Source: the human T2T-CHM13v2.0 reference genome, Homo sapiens. From it: a stretch of 64,000 nt of DNA. A program made the translations under genes and the position numbers. Positions 42,056 through 55,067 of this stretch are shown piece by piece. Below the pieces are notes generated by a model that worked only from the letters and a program-made list of their open reading frames with translations, was not told the DNA's origin and ran no database searches. Each line of letters opens with the position of its first letter. Position 1 is the stretch's first letter. Location: NCBI RefSeq assembly GCF_009914755.1, contig NC_060927.1; one strand, given 5' to 3'.

Positions 42056-42590
42056 ATAGTTTTTAATGGTCAAATCCACAGGCTTTTACTGGACAGTCCC
42101 CTGAGGGCTAGCAGCTCATGCAATACAGCCCCTCCCCTAAGACCTAAGGACTTATTGAGGGCTCAGGACATCTTCTATGAAAGCTTGTGTGGGGGGTGGG
42201 GAGGCTTGTGGGGAGGGGGCACTGCAGAAGAGGCCTAGCAGGCTGAGGCAGCTCTGCAGGTAAGAAGATGACACCCTGAGTTGCAGGATGCCAGGCCTTG
42301 GTTTCCAGGGCATGGTTCAGAACCAAGAGGAGTTGGGGAGGGAGAGGGGATATCACTAACAGGCAAGGGAGTGACATCATCTGTGCGTGGGGTGAGAAGC
42401 TGCAGCTGAGCACCCCTTTAGCAGACAGGATCATTGAGACCCCAGCTAGAAGGCTGGGGGAGGCTGCATGTCAAACTGCATCGCATTCAGGTGGGGGCTT
42501 CCAGCTTAGGGGCAGCTGCAAATGCTCAGGGGAGGGGGAGGGTAAAGAGGAAGGGGGTTGGAATGGGGAGGAATGGGTACGGGAACGGGA

Positions 42591-42872
42591 ACAGGGAGGA
42601 ACGGGAGGAAAGGGGAGGAAGGGGGAGGAAAGGGGAGGAAGGGGGAGGAAGGGGGAGGAAGGGGGAGGAAGGGGGAGGAAGTGGGAGGAAGGGGGAGGAA
42701 ATGGGAGGAAGGGGGGGAAGCGGGAGGAAGGGGGAGGAAGGGGGGAAGCGGGAGGAAGGGGGGGGAAGGGGGAGGAAGGGGGAGGAAGGGGGGAAGCGGG
42801 AGGAAGGGGAAGGAAGGGGGAGGAAGGGGGTAAGGGGGGGTAAGGGGGAGGAGGGGATGGGGAAAAGGGAGA
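42591..42872. repeat. G-rich polypurine minisatellite, 10-bp unit GGGGGAGGAA
   Basis: About 11 in-register decamers at 42601-42710, followed by degenerate units. Confidence 0.97.
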
Positions 42873-43619
42873 AGAGTCCGTGTGCAGATGCAGCAGCATA
42901 GATTAAACTGTTGCCAGTTGTTAATTTTATATGTGGAGTTGTTGATCAGAATGTGATTTAATTGTACAGTATAATCCAGGCTTTTGGAATAAATTATGCA
43001 GAAAACTCATCTATAATTAAACAAATCAAAAAACCAGAGACAGGTGACACAGCAGGTTCACCCTCAGAGGGCACGGGTGGGTGTGGGCAGCTGGACCCAG
43101 CAGAGGGGCGAGAAAGGATGGGGGAGGGGCTCTGTTCAAGAGCAGACAGGGGCAGGCCCCGGAAGGGTCAAGGCCTGGTAGGGAGCAAGGGGCTCGGAAC
43201 ACCCGAGCTCTGCCTCTGTGGGCCTTCTTACCACTCACACGGAGGCATTTTTTGTCATCAAAGCCCTGCTGCCTCTCCCAGATGGCCTGTCTGGATCAAC
43301 CCTGTTCCACTGGGCACCTATAATCAGTCTGTGGCCTTCCCTTCAGCTTGGCAGTTCAGCCGCTGCGCTTCGTGAGGGAGTGAGGGGTGGATACTAGGGG
43401 TGGGCAGCACGGGAAGCAGGAGGGCTGGATGACAGGACAGCAGGAGGCTGGGGCAGGTGAGCAGTGTGAGGGAGCAGGCACAGTGAAGGCCACTGCTGCC
43501 AAGTGCACGGTGAAGCAAACTTGGCAATGGCGGGGCCCCACGTCTCTTGCTTCTCTCATGATAGGCTGGCCAATTATTCTCCCAGCTCTGGGGAAGGCAA
43601 CAATTTAAAATAAAGTGCA

Positions 43620-43925
43620 GGCTGGGCATGGTGGCTCACCCCTGTAACCCCAGCACTTTGGAAGCCCCAGGCGGGCAGTTTGCTTGAGCCCAGAAATTTG
43701 AGACCAGGCTGGGCAACACGGTGAAACCCTGTCTCTACAAAAAATACAAAAATTATCTGGGTGTGGTATCGTACACCTGTAGTCCCAGCTACCCGGGAGG
43801 CTGAGGTTGGAGGATCGCTGAGCCTGGGAGGTCAAGGCTGCACTGAGCCAAGGCCATGCCACTGTACTCCAGCGTGGGTGACAGAGCGAGACTGTCTCAA
43901 AAAATAAAAATAAAAACTATAAAAT
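43620..43925 (+). mobile_element. AluJ, full length
   Basis: AluJ diagnostics ggaggatcgctgagcctgggaggtcaaggctgca; TSD ataaagtgc at 43610 and 43926. Confidence 0.95.
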
Positions 43926-44255
43926 ATAAAGTGCTACTTAATTATTCTGGTTATTTCCACTGGCCTGTTACCTCCCACCTCAGCACCTCTGCAGTCTTCT
44001 GAAGGGGAAAGACAGGGTGGAGAGGCAAGCAGGCCACTCCCCCATCCCAGCCTGGAGAAGGCGTGCTTCCCCCAGCAGTCACTCCAAGCTCAGAAAGCAG
44101 CTGAAGCAGGGCTTGGAACAAGGCTGGTCCCTCCCCTAGGCCCTCGCCCTGCTGCAAACAGCAGGAAGTTCAAGGGTGCACTCCAGGACGGTGGCATCTC
44201 CTGGGCCACCTTCCCTGGGGAGTCCTCTCTGACCACTCGGGTGGATGTCCCTCTA

Positions 44256-44309
44256 TACCTAGTGCCTGAGTGTACTGAGTGTACAGTACCTAGTGTACTG
44301 AGTGCCTAG
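44256..44309. repeat. Short shuffled tandem repeat (~9-bp tacctagtg/tactgagtg units)
   Basis: tacctagtg cctgagtg tactgagtg tacag tacctagtg tactgagtg cctag. Confidence 0.8.
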
Positions 44310-45759
44310 ATCCAGCCCTGGCTTTTGCAAGACCTTGAACTAGACCTTTCCTGTTAGGCTTCCATTTCCACATTTGGAAAATGGAGATAAAGTTCACCAT
44401 TCCTTTTACCTCCAAGGACCCAAAGAGGAGCTAAGTGGAAACCACAGCCCCACATGTGGGATGCTAGCAGTGACGGCTGCCCCACACACTCATGGCACAC
44501 AGGTCCATCCAGAAGGTGGGACTGCTCTCACCACAGTCCAGCCTCCCTCCTCAAGCCTGCAGCTCCCTAAACATGGGATGGTTGTGCCTCCTCCTTAGAC
44601 TGCGGCCTCCAGGTGGGCTGCAGCCCCTCTCTGCACTGCCCCCAGAGACCCAATGCAGCAGAGACCTGGTGGGGTGCCTTGTCCAAGGAGCCCTGGGGAA
44701 GGGCAGGGTTTCCTGTGACCAGACCTTCCTTCTTGCTTGTCCATGCAAAAGAGAAGACTCTCAGGTTTCAGCAGCTTTGGGGGCTCAAAGCCCAGGGCAG
44801 GGCCTCCCAAGGATGATAGGGCTGGCAGAGGGCAACAGTCTAGCCGAGATCACTCACTCCCCAGAGGCCACCTGGGCCACAAGATTACAGTGCCTTCAGA
44901 TGTGGTGGCAAATCAGCACTGGCCTCACACTACAAAGACCACAGAGGGGACACTGAGCCCAGAGTGAGAGGGAAGCATGCTTGCTCAGCTGATTCATGAT
45001 AGAGTAAGGCTCCCCAGCTAGCCACCTACCACTTCACAAGCTGGCACAACCAAGGCACAGAACTCAAGGGGGGCTGGCCCATCTTCAATCTATTTGTGAT
45101 TCAGTTGAAGGGACCCTAGAATGAGCAGCATGATGCCTCCAGGAGCACCGTCCCCATCTCACCCACTCACTGCATGCACACAGGAACCAAGGCAGCCCAG
45201 TTAGCACAGGGACCTTGGAGACCCTGAGGAGCTGGGGAGGGGCAGGTGTTGCCAAAGCATGAATGGGTCCAAAGCCATCTCTCTCGACCATGTGTGCCTT
45301 GGGACCCTGCCCAGATACTTCCTGGTCCTTCATGAGGTTATTAATTACGGGGCTATCCCTTCCCTTTCTTTGCCGAGAAGAGCTTTTCCTTCTAATTGGT
45401 GCTCTGCTGGGAGGCAGCAGTCTGTGCCTCCCCCTCAGACTAACAGTGAGCCATCATCCGGCATTAATTAGGGCACCAGGTCCAGCCCAATATTTACTCA
45501 TAGCAGCCTGCTGGGTTGGGGGGAGTGGAGGGAAGCAGCACAGCCTGGAGCCAGGTAGCAGCAATACCCAGCAATACCCAGGTGGCCCACTCGGCTCTGC
45601 TTCTTGGCCTCTGCGGGTCTCAGTTTCCCTCTCTAACCAAGGAGTGGTAGCGTGAGGCCTCCATGGACCATTTAGGGATCCATATCTCAAGGGGTCTGAT
45701 GGGGGCCCTCCCTGCCTGAGGCCTGAGCCAGTGGTGACAGGCCAGGGATCTCACTGCAC

Positions 45760-45860
45760 TGCCTTAATTCATCTGCATAGCAGCCAGATCACTATCCGCA
45801 ATCCTCAGAGGGAAACCGAGGCACAGAGCAATTGAGAGATGTGCTCCAGGTCACAGAGGT
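45760..45860 (+). mobile_element. MIR SINE fragment
   Basis: cagagggaaaccgaggcacagag ... ccaggtcacag. Confidence 0.65.
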
Positions 45861-45879
45861 CACAAACACCCGTCAGACC

Positions 45880-46740
45880 GCACATACCTCAACTCAGAAC
45901 ATCAGTCTTCAATGCCCAGCTGCGGGTGTGGCTAAGGGGCCTCTCAAACTGAAAGTGTCCGAAACGAGATCCGAGATCCTGACGGTCCCTTGGGATCGTC
46001 TCCACCTCTTCTCCCCACTCCCTGCCTCTGCTGATGGCAGCTCCCTCAGTTCAGGTCAAAGACTCTGGGTGACCTAGAACCCGCTTTCTCTCACACCCAC
46101 ATCCAATCTATCAGCAAGTGCTACAGGTTCCACCTTTGCAATAGGCCTGAATCCACCCACTGCCGACTGCCTCCTTGGCCGGGCACCCATCAGGGTTCCT
46201 GCACCTCTGCAGCTGCCAGCTCACTCACCGGCTTCCACCTTCTGCCTGGCACCTGCCTTCCCAGTCTGTTCCCCTCTACACACGGCTGGAGTGCCCTGCT
46301 GTCATGTCCCTCCTCTGTCAACTCCGTCGCACTAAGAGAAAACCCAAGTCCACCCAGTGGCCGCACCCCCAGTAGCTTCCCTGACCTCACCCCTCGGTGT
46401 GGCCTGAACATGCCCCTATAGTCCCTGCACAGGCTTCGGCACATGCTGTTCCCTCTGCCTGAAACTGTCTCTCCTCAGAAGTCCAAGGGCCTCCCACCTC
46501 CCTCCGGTCTCCACACACACGTCACCTGCTCCGTGAAAACCTCCTTGCCCCTCCATTTGAAATTGCACCCCCCCCAGCAGCAACTGATCTCCACGTCCCC
46601 TCCTGGGGTGATTCTTTTGGCTAGTATTCCATCAGACATCCTCCCTCTTGCTTGTTAGCCTCTGCCTTGGGCTGTGAGCCCTGAGCCAGGAGGCTCCTGC
46701 TCTCCCGCCTGGAAGAACAGGCCATTTGCTGAGTGAATAT
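45880..46740 (+). mobile_element. L2 (L2a/b-type) 3' portion
   Basis: ctctcaaact..a.tgtcc.aaac, cccacatccaatctatcagcaag, gcacatgctgttccctctgcctg.aa, gtcacct.ctc.gtga, ending atttgctgagtgaat. Confidence 0.85.
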
Positions 46741-47270
46741 ACCTCCCCAGAGTCCTGCTGACGTCCCAGCCCTCCTGTCCAGCTTGTGTGTGGCCGGCCA
46801 TGGGGTAGGCAGGTGGGGTGGGCAGGGGGAGCTTGCGGAGAGGTTGGCAGCATGGTGGCTGCCCCAGGGCTGGCCCAGGAGGCCCTCCCTTCCCCTGGCT
46901 TCTTTCCATATGAATTATTAAGGCTCGTTTATGATGGGCCCGCCCAGGCCTGTGGCTTCCGTGCATAATTCATGGCTCTCCCAGAAGGCCCTGGCGCTAG
47001 AGCAGCCACTTCTTCCAGGAAGCAGGAAGAAAGTGCTGAGGAAGAGTGACCCAGAACTGGGCTGTCCTCCACTCTATCTCTGCCACCCTGTCCCTAAACA
47101 CCAGCCACCCAGCACCTGCACCCACCCCTACCCTCACCCCCATGGAGCTCTCTCCTGCACACTTGGGTTCTGGTTCCCGGAGCCAGACTCCATGGGCTCT
47201 GCGCAGGCTCACTGACTCCCCTGTCTGTGGCTTGATTTCCCATCTGTGGACTGACAAAACTGAGCCACCC

Positions 47271-47546
47271 TAGTGGTTTTCAAACTGCTCCAGCAGCAAG
47301 ATCATTCACCTTTTATTTTTCCAACAAAATCCAATGTGGAACCCTAATATGTAACTGGTGAGGTAGTTATAAATGTATTTTAGAAGGTAGCGCTGTAAAA
47401 CATGACTCCGTATTGAGTAAATAATCATTATAAACGTTGAGGCTGTTCTGAAGCATCTGGATTCGGGGCCCATGGGGGCCTCAGCAGCTCCCACCACCCA
47501 GCACTCAGTTTATTCCTGTGTTTTGCACTCTGCTGAGAAACTCCTA
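47271..47546. mobile_element. hAT-Charlie type MER DNA transposon remnant
   Basis: tagtggttttcaaact ... caaaatc..atgtggaaccctaatat, with a degenerate other end tgagaaac. Apparently the same class as 20130, in opposite orientation. Confidence 0.5.
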
Positions 47547-49751
47547 GGATACGGAGACAGGCAGGCACACATGGTAACAGTCACTTACAGCTCACTATGC
47601 AGGGGTCGGGGGAGAACCCTTTCCTGAGGCCAGGGGTAAAACCAGCAACTGCCCTGGTAACTGAGGCTCAGGGGTCGCCAAGGTGCCAGCACCAGTTTTC
47701 ACTGTTTGATAATTTCTCAGAAGTCTAGAGCTGGGATATAGCAATCAGCGAGAGGCACTAACAAACAAGCCCGGGCCTCCCAGGGGCAAGGCAAAGGGTC
47801 CAGACCAGGGGCACGGGGACAGGAATCCAGGAGGTGGATCCAGGGTTCTCCAGGAAGCCTGGAACCACCCACCCCGGCCACTGACACAGACTATGGGCAT
47901 TTTGGGGTCTGCGACACCTCCTCTCCCCAGCACATTCCCCAGGTAGTCAGGCACGATGGGAACAGAAGGCCTTCCCCGGGCCCATTTCACAAACGGGTAA
48001 GCTGAGGCTCAGCATGATCAGCCCTCAGGAGGTGAACACTGCTGCAGTCCCTGTGTGCCCAGCCAGTGCTGAAATGGGGGAGCCACGCCCAGGCCTCACC
48101 TCAGAGAGCACAGTAGGGTTGGGACACCTGTGGAGGTCACCAAGTGGGTCAGGGAGGAACCCAGGAGCTACAGCCTTCTGTTCCTGCCCCACACCAGGAG
48201 CTGAAGCTGGACTAGAGGTGGCAGGACAGACCCTGTCCATGTGTCACCAACCATTCTGGTCAGATTCTGTGATTCACACATCCCCATCTCCCCTCCTGCA
48301 CATCCTCCCCACCCCCCAGCATGAGTCAAATCCTCGCTAAGCCACAAATAGCTGTCCTCTGTATGAGTCCTCAACATGGCCTCCTGCCTTGAAGAAGACA
48401 GAGACCCCCTCAAGGTCCCCCTCAGAGCAAAATCCTCTGTGGAAGCTCACAGGCCCCCCGAGGACATCCATGTACAGAGGAGAGGCCAAGCGAAGACAGA
48501 ACTCAACCCATCAGGGCCAGCTTTGTTCTCTGGGCTTGTCCTTCCTCTACCTGGCCAAGTCACCTCTGCCAGGAAGCTTTCCTAGGTTTCCCCTACCCTC
48601 TTCTCAAAGCCACAGTTCTCACCACACTTTACCAAGCCTCATCTTAGGCTGGGGCTGCAGCCTAGTCCCATCATCAAGCTTCCTACAGAGCTTAGCTTGG
48701 AGCCTGGCCAAAAAGAGTTCTGGAAACACTTGGAGATAAATTTACCAGAACATCTTCCGCCTACCAGACTGGCCTGCCCTGACCACCTCACTCTGCAGTA
48801 GAAGACAGGCTGGAGGACAGGGCTGGGAAAGGGGCCCCCATTTCAGCAGGCAGCCAAGCACCAGGGAAAGGCAATGCTGACGCGGAGGGCCTGCGTGCTG
48901 GGCACTCCATGTGATTTCCACTGCAGCGATGGTACCTCGGCCAGGCGCAGGCCAGTTCATGCCCACTTCACGGATGAGCACTCTGAGGCCTGTGGAAATG
49001 GTGCAACTTGCCCGAGACCACACTGCTGAACCAGAATCTGAACCCAGTCAACTCAGCCATGGCCCTGTCCCCTAGGCTGTCAGGCCTCCTTAACCTCAAG
49101 GGGGACTCCAATGGCCAAATAGGAAGTAGGTTGCAGGTAAGAGCCGCCCCTCGTATACAGCCTTTTCCAACTTTGAGAAGGGGGCTACCTCAGGAACTCA
49201 CTGCCTCCACAAGCAAGCCAAAGCTGAGTGCAATGGGGAAGTCCTTCCTTATACCCTATCAGGGCTATCCTGCAGTAGGAACGTTGGCCAGCAGGGCAGA
49301 GCCCCAGCTCCCTCCAATGCCCCCACCAGGGAGCCTGAGCCAGGTATGGGGAGAATGCCCACTTCCTCTGGGATCTGCTTCTTGCTAGTGCCTGGACCCT
49401 TAGAGTGCGCCAAGCTGTATGTAAATGGAATGTGAGTGTTCAACCTGCCTTGACACGCCATGAACCTGTTACTCTCGGGTGCTCTGTGGTGAATCCTTTA
49501 GCAAAGCAAATCCCCTCTGCAGGCTGTGAGGGATCCACAGCTGCACAAGCAAGGGGCTTCTAGTGCAGCCCCAGCTACCCCACCTTTCTAGCCTCCCCAA
49601 TCCGAGAGAAGCCACCTTGCCTGGTGAGCCTCATGATTGGCTTAAGGAGAGGCAGGTGGCTGAACCAGCAGGTCAAATTACTGGCAAAATGCTTTGCAGG
49701 TGCTTCCAACTTTCTGTAAATTCCCAACTAGCTCGCTCACTCCCCACCTAG

Positions 49752-50065
49752 TCACTCACTCACTCATTCATTCATTCCGATAGTAACCATGTACCTACTA
49801 TGGGCACCTGGGAGGGATTTGGCAGCAAGCAGGGCAGATGCAGGCCTGTCCTTGGGAGCTTGGAATCCAAGCAGAGGAAGCTGATACCTGATCCGGATTG
49901 GGGCCTGATGAGAAGAAGAGTCCAGCAAGCCTTGGGGACAGGATGCATGGGATGCATGGGATGCATGGGAAGGGGCCTGACCTGGCCTAGGGACTGGCCA
50001 GGTGAAGGTGGCACCACAGAGCAGGAGGGCAATCCAAATGGAGGGCACAACATATGCAAGGCCCA
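49752..50065 (-). mobile_element. L2 3' end fragment
   Basis: (TCAY)n tail, gtacctactatgggc, gcctgtccttgggagctt, ggagggca..cca.atggagggcaca.catatgcaagg. Confidence 0.65.
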
Positions 50066-50598
50066 GCAGTGGGCTCCACACACAGTGATGCCCCGTGAGC
50101 ACCCACAGACCGACCGTGGGCACCAAGGCAGGCTGCTCCCACACCGAGGCCTGCAGAATTCCTACCCTCAAGTACATGGGAGCACCTCCACACACTGGAT
50201 GGAAGGGCAGTGAGACGGCTGTGCCCAGGGAAGCTGGGCCTCTTTAAGTGGGAGCTCAGTCTCTCAGGAGCTGATTTCATTCATTCATTCATTCATTCAC
50301 TCCACAGAAACAAACCAGTACCCATCACAACTGGGCCCGGGTGCAGAGCCTCTTCCCCCCGGCATCCTGACACTGCCCTGTACTTTGTATCTTGCAATCT
50401 TGACCCCAGGGTGAGGGCAGCAGAGAGTACTGAGGCTCAGCACAACAAACATTAGAGGCTGGGGATATTGTTATTACCCACCCCACCCCCCACACCTCTT
50501 CCCCCAGCTCCATGGGAGCTCCCGCCTGCTGCAGCCCCTCTACCACCCCCCTAGCAAGAAGTGCCCACAAGTGCAAAGCTTTCGCCATTTTCCTGGTG

Positions 50599-50906
50599 TT
50601 TTTTTTTTGTTTGTTTTTGTTTTTGAGACAGAGTCTCGCTCTGTTGCCCAGGCTGGAGTGCAGTGATGTGATCTCTGCTCACTGCAAGCTCCGCCCCTCG
50701 GGTTCATGCCATTCTCCTTCCTCAGCCTCCCGAGTACCTGGGACTACGGGCGCCCACCACCACACCTGGCTAATTTTTTTGTATTTTTAGTAGAGATGGG
50801 GTTTCACCCTGTTTGCCAGGATGGTCTCGATCTCCTGACCTTGTGATCCGCCCACCTCAGCCTCCCAAAGTGCTGGGATTATAGGCATGAGCCACCGCGC
50901 ACGTCC
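50599..50906 (-). mobile_element. AluY, full length
   Basis: AluY diagnostics; TSD ttcctggtgtttt at 50590 and 50907. Confidence 0.97.
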
Positions 50907-50949
50907 TTCCTGGTGTTTTCTGACACAGATATTGTCACTAGAACATCAT

Positions 50950-51010
50950 CTCCTGAGAACAGCACCTGACAGGCAGAAGGTGCTCAAAAAATGCTGGCTG
51001 AATGACTGGA
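50950..51010 (+). mobile_element. L2 extreme 3' end
   Basis: aacagcacctgacaggcagaaggtgctcaaaaaatgctggctgaatga. Confidence 0.6.
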
Positions 51011-51523
51011 TGTTCCATCCTTACAACTATGAAACATAGGAAATGTGATCCCATCATAAAGATGAGGTAACTGGGGCACAAACAAGGTCACATATGGGGT
51101 TCCCTTTATAATCCCCAGAACCAGGCTTTCTACCACACAGCAGGCATATGCATCAGGGCCCACAGCTCCAGGGCCTTCTAGATGGCCCCATGAAGTCCCC
51201 ATCCTTCTTCATTGTAGAGTAATGGCCTCCTCCATATGCCACCAGTCTGGAAATCACCTGTGAAACATACTTCCCCCCGCGCTGGCTCAGGAACCGTGTA
51301 AATCACTAGGCTTAATGGCCTTTGGGATTGTTCCCCACAACCCCCTCCCCAGCTGCTCTGTGCCAGGGAAGATGGGGCTATGGGGCGCCAGACAGGCAGG
51401 GCCATAGTCATGAGGTCTGGGCAGCCCAAGGCATGGTAAGTGCTAGGAGGCACTGCCCAGGGGAGCAGCAGCCCCGGAAGCGCATCAGAAAGACAGCGGT
51501 GGGGCTGCCGGGAGCCTCCAAAA

Positions 51524-51563
51524 CTGGGGCTGGGGCTGGGGCTGGGGCTGGGGCTGGGGCTGG
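51524..51563. repeat. (CTGGGG)6.7 hexanucleotide repeat
   Basis: Direct read. Confidence 0.97.
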
Positions 51564-54500
51564 ATCTATATGCAAGGCAAGCCTCTCCCCTACTCAACTC
51601 CTGCCCCTTACCTCGTCCCCCCATCAATGGCTTATCCATGGAGAAAGATGTGTCCAGGTGATCTCCCCAGGACCTCCACACCCTGACTGGGGAAGCCCAG
51701 GGCCATGGGAATGGCAGGGGAGCCTGGGGGCCTGGAGCAGGATGTCTCATGGCCCCTTGGATGCTGCTTGGAGCACCAACCATGCATGGTGTTATTTATT
51801 TGGCCTCACTCCCATGTCTTCTTCACTGTTTATCTCCCCCATGGACTGAGTGTCCCAAGAGCAGGGACCCAGTTGGCCCTTGGAGACCCCAGAGCCCACT
51901 CAGGGCAACACACAGCTAAGGTGTGGGAGTGGATTCAGGTGGGGAAGGGATGGTCAGGAAGCAGGTCCTGAAAGATGGGCAGGCTGTGGAGTGGGCGGCA
52001 GGGCAGATGGGGCATGGGCAAATGGCTATGCAGAGGAGCGGTTTGGAAGGAGCGGGGCAGACGGCTGGGAAGCCAGGTGATCTCCCTGGGACAAGCTGCA
52101 GATTTTGGCAACTGGCTGCATGCACAGGCATTTGGGTTCAGCTGGCTCCCATAGATACCATGGTTAGGACATTGCTCAGAACCAATATACACCATCCCCC
52201 AACCCTGGGAGCCTCAGTGCCCCCTTGCTGGGCAGAGGGTGAGGATCCTGTGTTTATCTTCCTATCCCCTAAGGCCACAGTTCTGTACCTTGGCTCAACT
52301 TAGGGGGAAGAGGGGGCTCTAGAAAACATGCTAATGCCTGGACCCTGCCCCCCACCCCATTAAATAATACAGGTCAGTGGGTCTCTGGACACCCCCTTTA
52401 CTTCCCTCCCCAGAGCAGCCCTTGGTGGCAGCCCCTGGGCTGGGAAAACTCCTTGCAAAAGCCACAGGAAGATATGTGGGAGTGGCCTATGCCCTCTGGC
52501 TCCAGCAAAGCCAGGCTCTGTCCCAGGCTGCTGTGTAAGAGGCTGCTCCATTTTCCACAGTCATGACCAGCTTGGCTCTGTGGACACCTGCACAGACCAT
52601 GGGCTCCCTGTTCAGCACATATGGATTGAGTACTTGGTGTATGCTAGCTGGGAGCTCCAGCCAAGGGCAACCAGCCACTGCCCCCACTCCTCCCAGCCAC
52701 ATAGTCCCTGAGCAGCCAGGCAGCAAGGTCTATTTCAGGACAAGAATAGGGAGGACAGGGGCTTGAAGCAGGCTAGGAGGCCTCTGACCCAGACAAGGAG
52801 GTCAGCGAAGGTTTCAGGGGACAGTGACTCCAAGCCAAGCACCGAAGGACAGGCAGAGGTCAGTGGGACAACAGGTGGGTCCTGCCTGGGGTTGGCAGGG
52901 CCCTCGGCAGCCCATCCAACCTCTCCCCAGCTTCCTCCATGCTGAGTGCTTGCAGGTGCTTGTTAAGCCCCCATGGAATGAGATGGCTTCTGTTCTGTTG
53001 GGCACTCAGTTCTGAGGGCAGAGATCCCACTCTGTGCCCCTCCCCGTGCCCATCAGAAGCAGCCTCCTTGCTGAGGTCTCCACAAGCACCGGTTACAGGA
53101 AAGGACAGAACAGAGATGACAGTTATGCAGATGAGGTGGCAGGGGGAGCACCACTGTCAGCTGCAGAAGGATCCCTTTCTATGGAGGGTGCTGAGAACAG
53201 TGAGGACACTGAGGCTCGGAGGAGGACGGCAGGAGGCTTGCCCAGACTATCACAGTGAGGCTAAGGCGGGTTAGGAGGAGACTGGAAGAGGAAGGGCCAA
53301 GGGGAGGCCCACAGACCCTACTGTACAAGCCCCTAGGGCTTCTGTGGCCTGCGCCAGCCAAGGTGTGGCTTAAACAATTAAACATGCTGCCTCCCTCCCC
53401 TCAAGTTGCTCTGCCCACGTACTGCTAGGCACAGCCCAGGGGGTGAGGTGGGCATGGAGTGGGGCGGAAAAAGGAGAGTGAAGGATGGAGAGGTGGGAGA
53501 ATTGAGAGTGAGTTCAGACTGCCCTGCCTGACTACTCTGTGAGAACAGGCGACAGCACCACCAGTTCCAGCATGTGACTGGGAGAAAGCCCCAGAAAGAG
53601 ACCCGGATCAGGGGAGGACTATCAGTCGGGGGACTCACAGCCGTGGCCTGTAGAGGCCAGCTTCTTCCTTTCCCTGACCCTTGGACAGCCCCAGAGATCC
53701 CTCTTTCCTCATGTGACAGGTGGGGAACACTGGCCAGAGGGGTACCCAATCCAGAAGCAGGACAAAGCCCAGGGCTTACCCCAAGACCTCTGCCCTTGGC
53801 TGACTGGCTCCTGGACACTGTCCAGCCCAGACCCAGGATTGGTGCAGGGAACAGAGCCAGAGAGTAATGGGAAGGGCTAGGTTCCTGGCCACAGTGGAGC
53901 ATGGATCTCATCATATTCACCATTGGGTGCTGACCAATGACACCCAGTCCTCTGCAGTGAGTAGGCAAAAGTATACCCCCACTATAGGCAAGTACACCCC
54001 ACCCTGAAGTCACCCTCCCCGCAAGATGAGAATGAAGTCTCACAGGCAGCACCCAGCCAAGTCTGGGCCTTCCCCACGGCCATGTCTATGCGTTACGTCC
54101 GTGGCTGTGGCCCTCTAAGGCCAGGTCAGCTGCGCTGTTTCACAGCAGCAGGACATGCCCCTCTGGCCATCCTCTTAGCCCACTCATGCCAGCACTATCT
54201 TCAGACGTCATCTGAACCCGCAACTTGCTGTTGTCCTAAATAGTCTGCCTAGGCCCTGCCTGAGACAGGACGTGGCCTGAATGGCCTCCTTCAGGCCTCT
54301 GACTGACCAAACCTCACTGGCACAGCACGGCAACTTGAGGGCAGTGGCTGCTCCCCCAAACCCCAGGTTTGGGTCTAGTCTATGCCTCAAGTGCTGAGAG
54401 GCCGAAGGAAGTGTCCCTCTCCAGGCCTCGGTTTCCCCATCTGTACCACACGGGAGTTAAACGGGACCAACTGGTCCCACAGTTCTCACTGACCCACATC

Positions 54501-54799
54501 CATGACACAAGTAAGGGTGGGGCTGTTCTACTGGGAGGGGGATTGGGAGCCAAAAATCTCCTACTTCTGGTCCTTGGGTGGTTCCAAGGAACCTGGAGGC
54601 GCCACAGGCCGAGTGAGAAATAAACCCTCCAAGGACGTCAGCCTGGTCAGTAGGGCAGCCTCTGCAGAGGGAGATGCATGGCAGAACATCATGGGAGTGT
54701 AGGGACACCCTGAAGGTCCTGTGGCTAGGGGTTGCCTGGAGGAGGTGAGATGCAGGAGGGATGTGTGGGACAGGGCTGAGTGCTTGGACCCGAGCACTA

Positions 54800-54930
54800 G
54801 GGGGAATCCTGCCCCTGCCACTTGCCATCTGTGTGATTTTATCATTTAGCCTGGCTAAGCCTCAATTTTTCTCATCTATGAAAGTAGGATAAAAATGGAC
54901 TGACCTAACATGTGTGAAATATACCACCGG
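54800..54930 (-). mobile_element. MIR SINE fragment
   Basis: gaatcctgcccctgccactt ... ctgtgtgattt ... ctaagcctcaatttttctcatctatgaaagtaggataa. Confidence 0.75.
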
Positions 54931-55067
54931 GGGCCCAGCTTGTAGTGACTGATGTGGTTAAAACAACTACTTCCTTTACAAACACTTCCTTGGCATGGTC
55001 ACCCATCCCCTTATCTCCTGCTTCTTCCTTGGCCCCAACTCCCACCCTCAAGCCTCTCCTCTGACCC

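Noticed and set aside
42298-42901. GRK/GEE-rich and proline-rich ORFs
   Set aside because: Translations of the GGGGGAGGAA minisatellite
47271-47460. AT-rich island as a CNE
   Set aside because: Better explained as a hAT-Charlie MER remnant with a terminal tagtggttttcaaact
49941-49970. (GGATGCATG)3 as an RBFOX cluster
   Set aside because: TGCATG is on the strand antisense to CACNA2D2, and the repeat lies inside an L2 fragment
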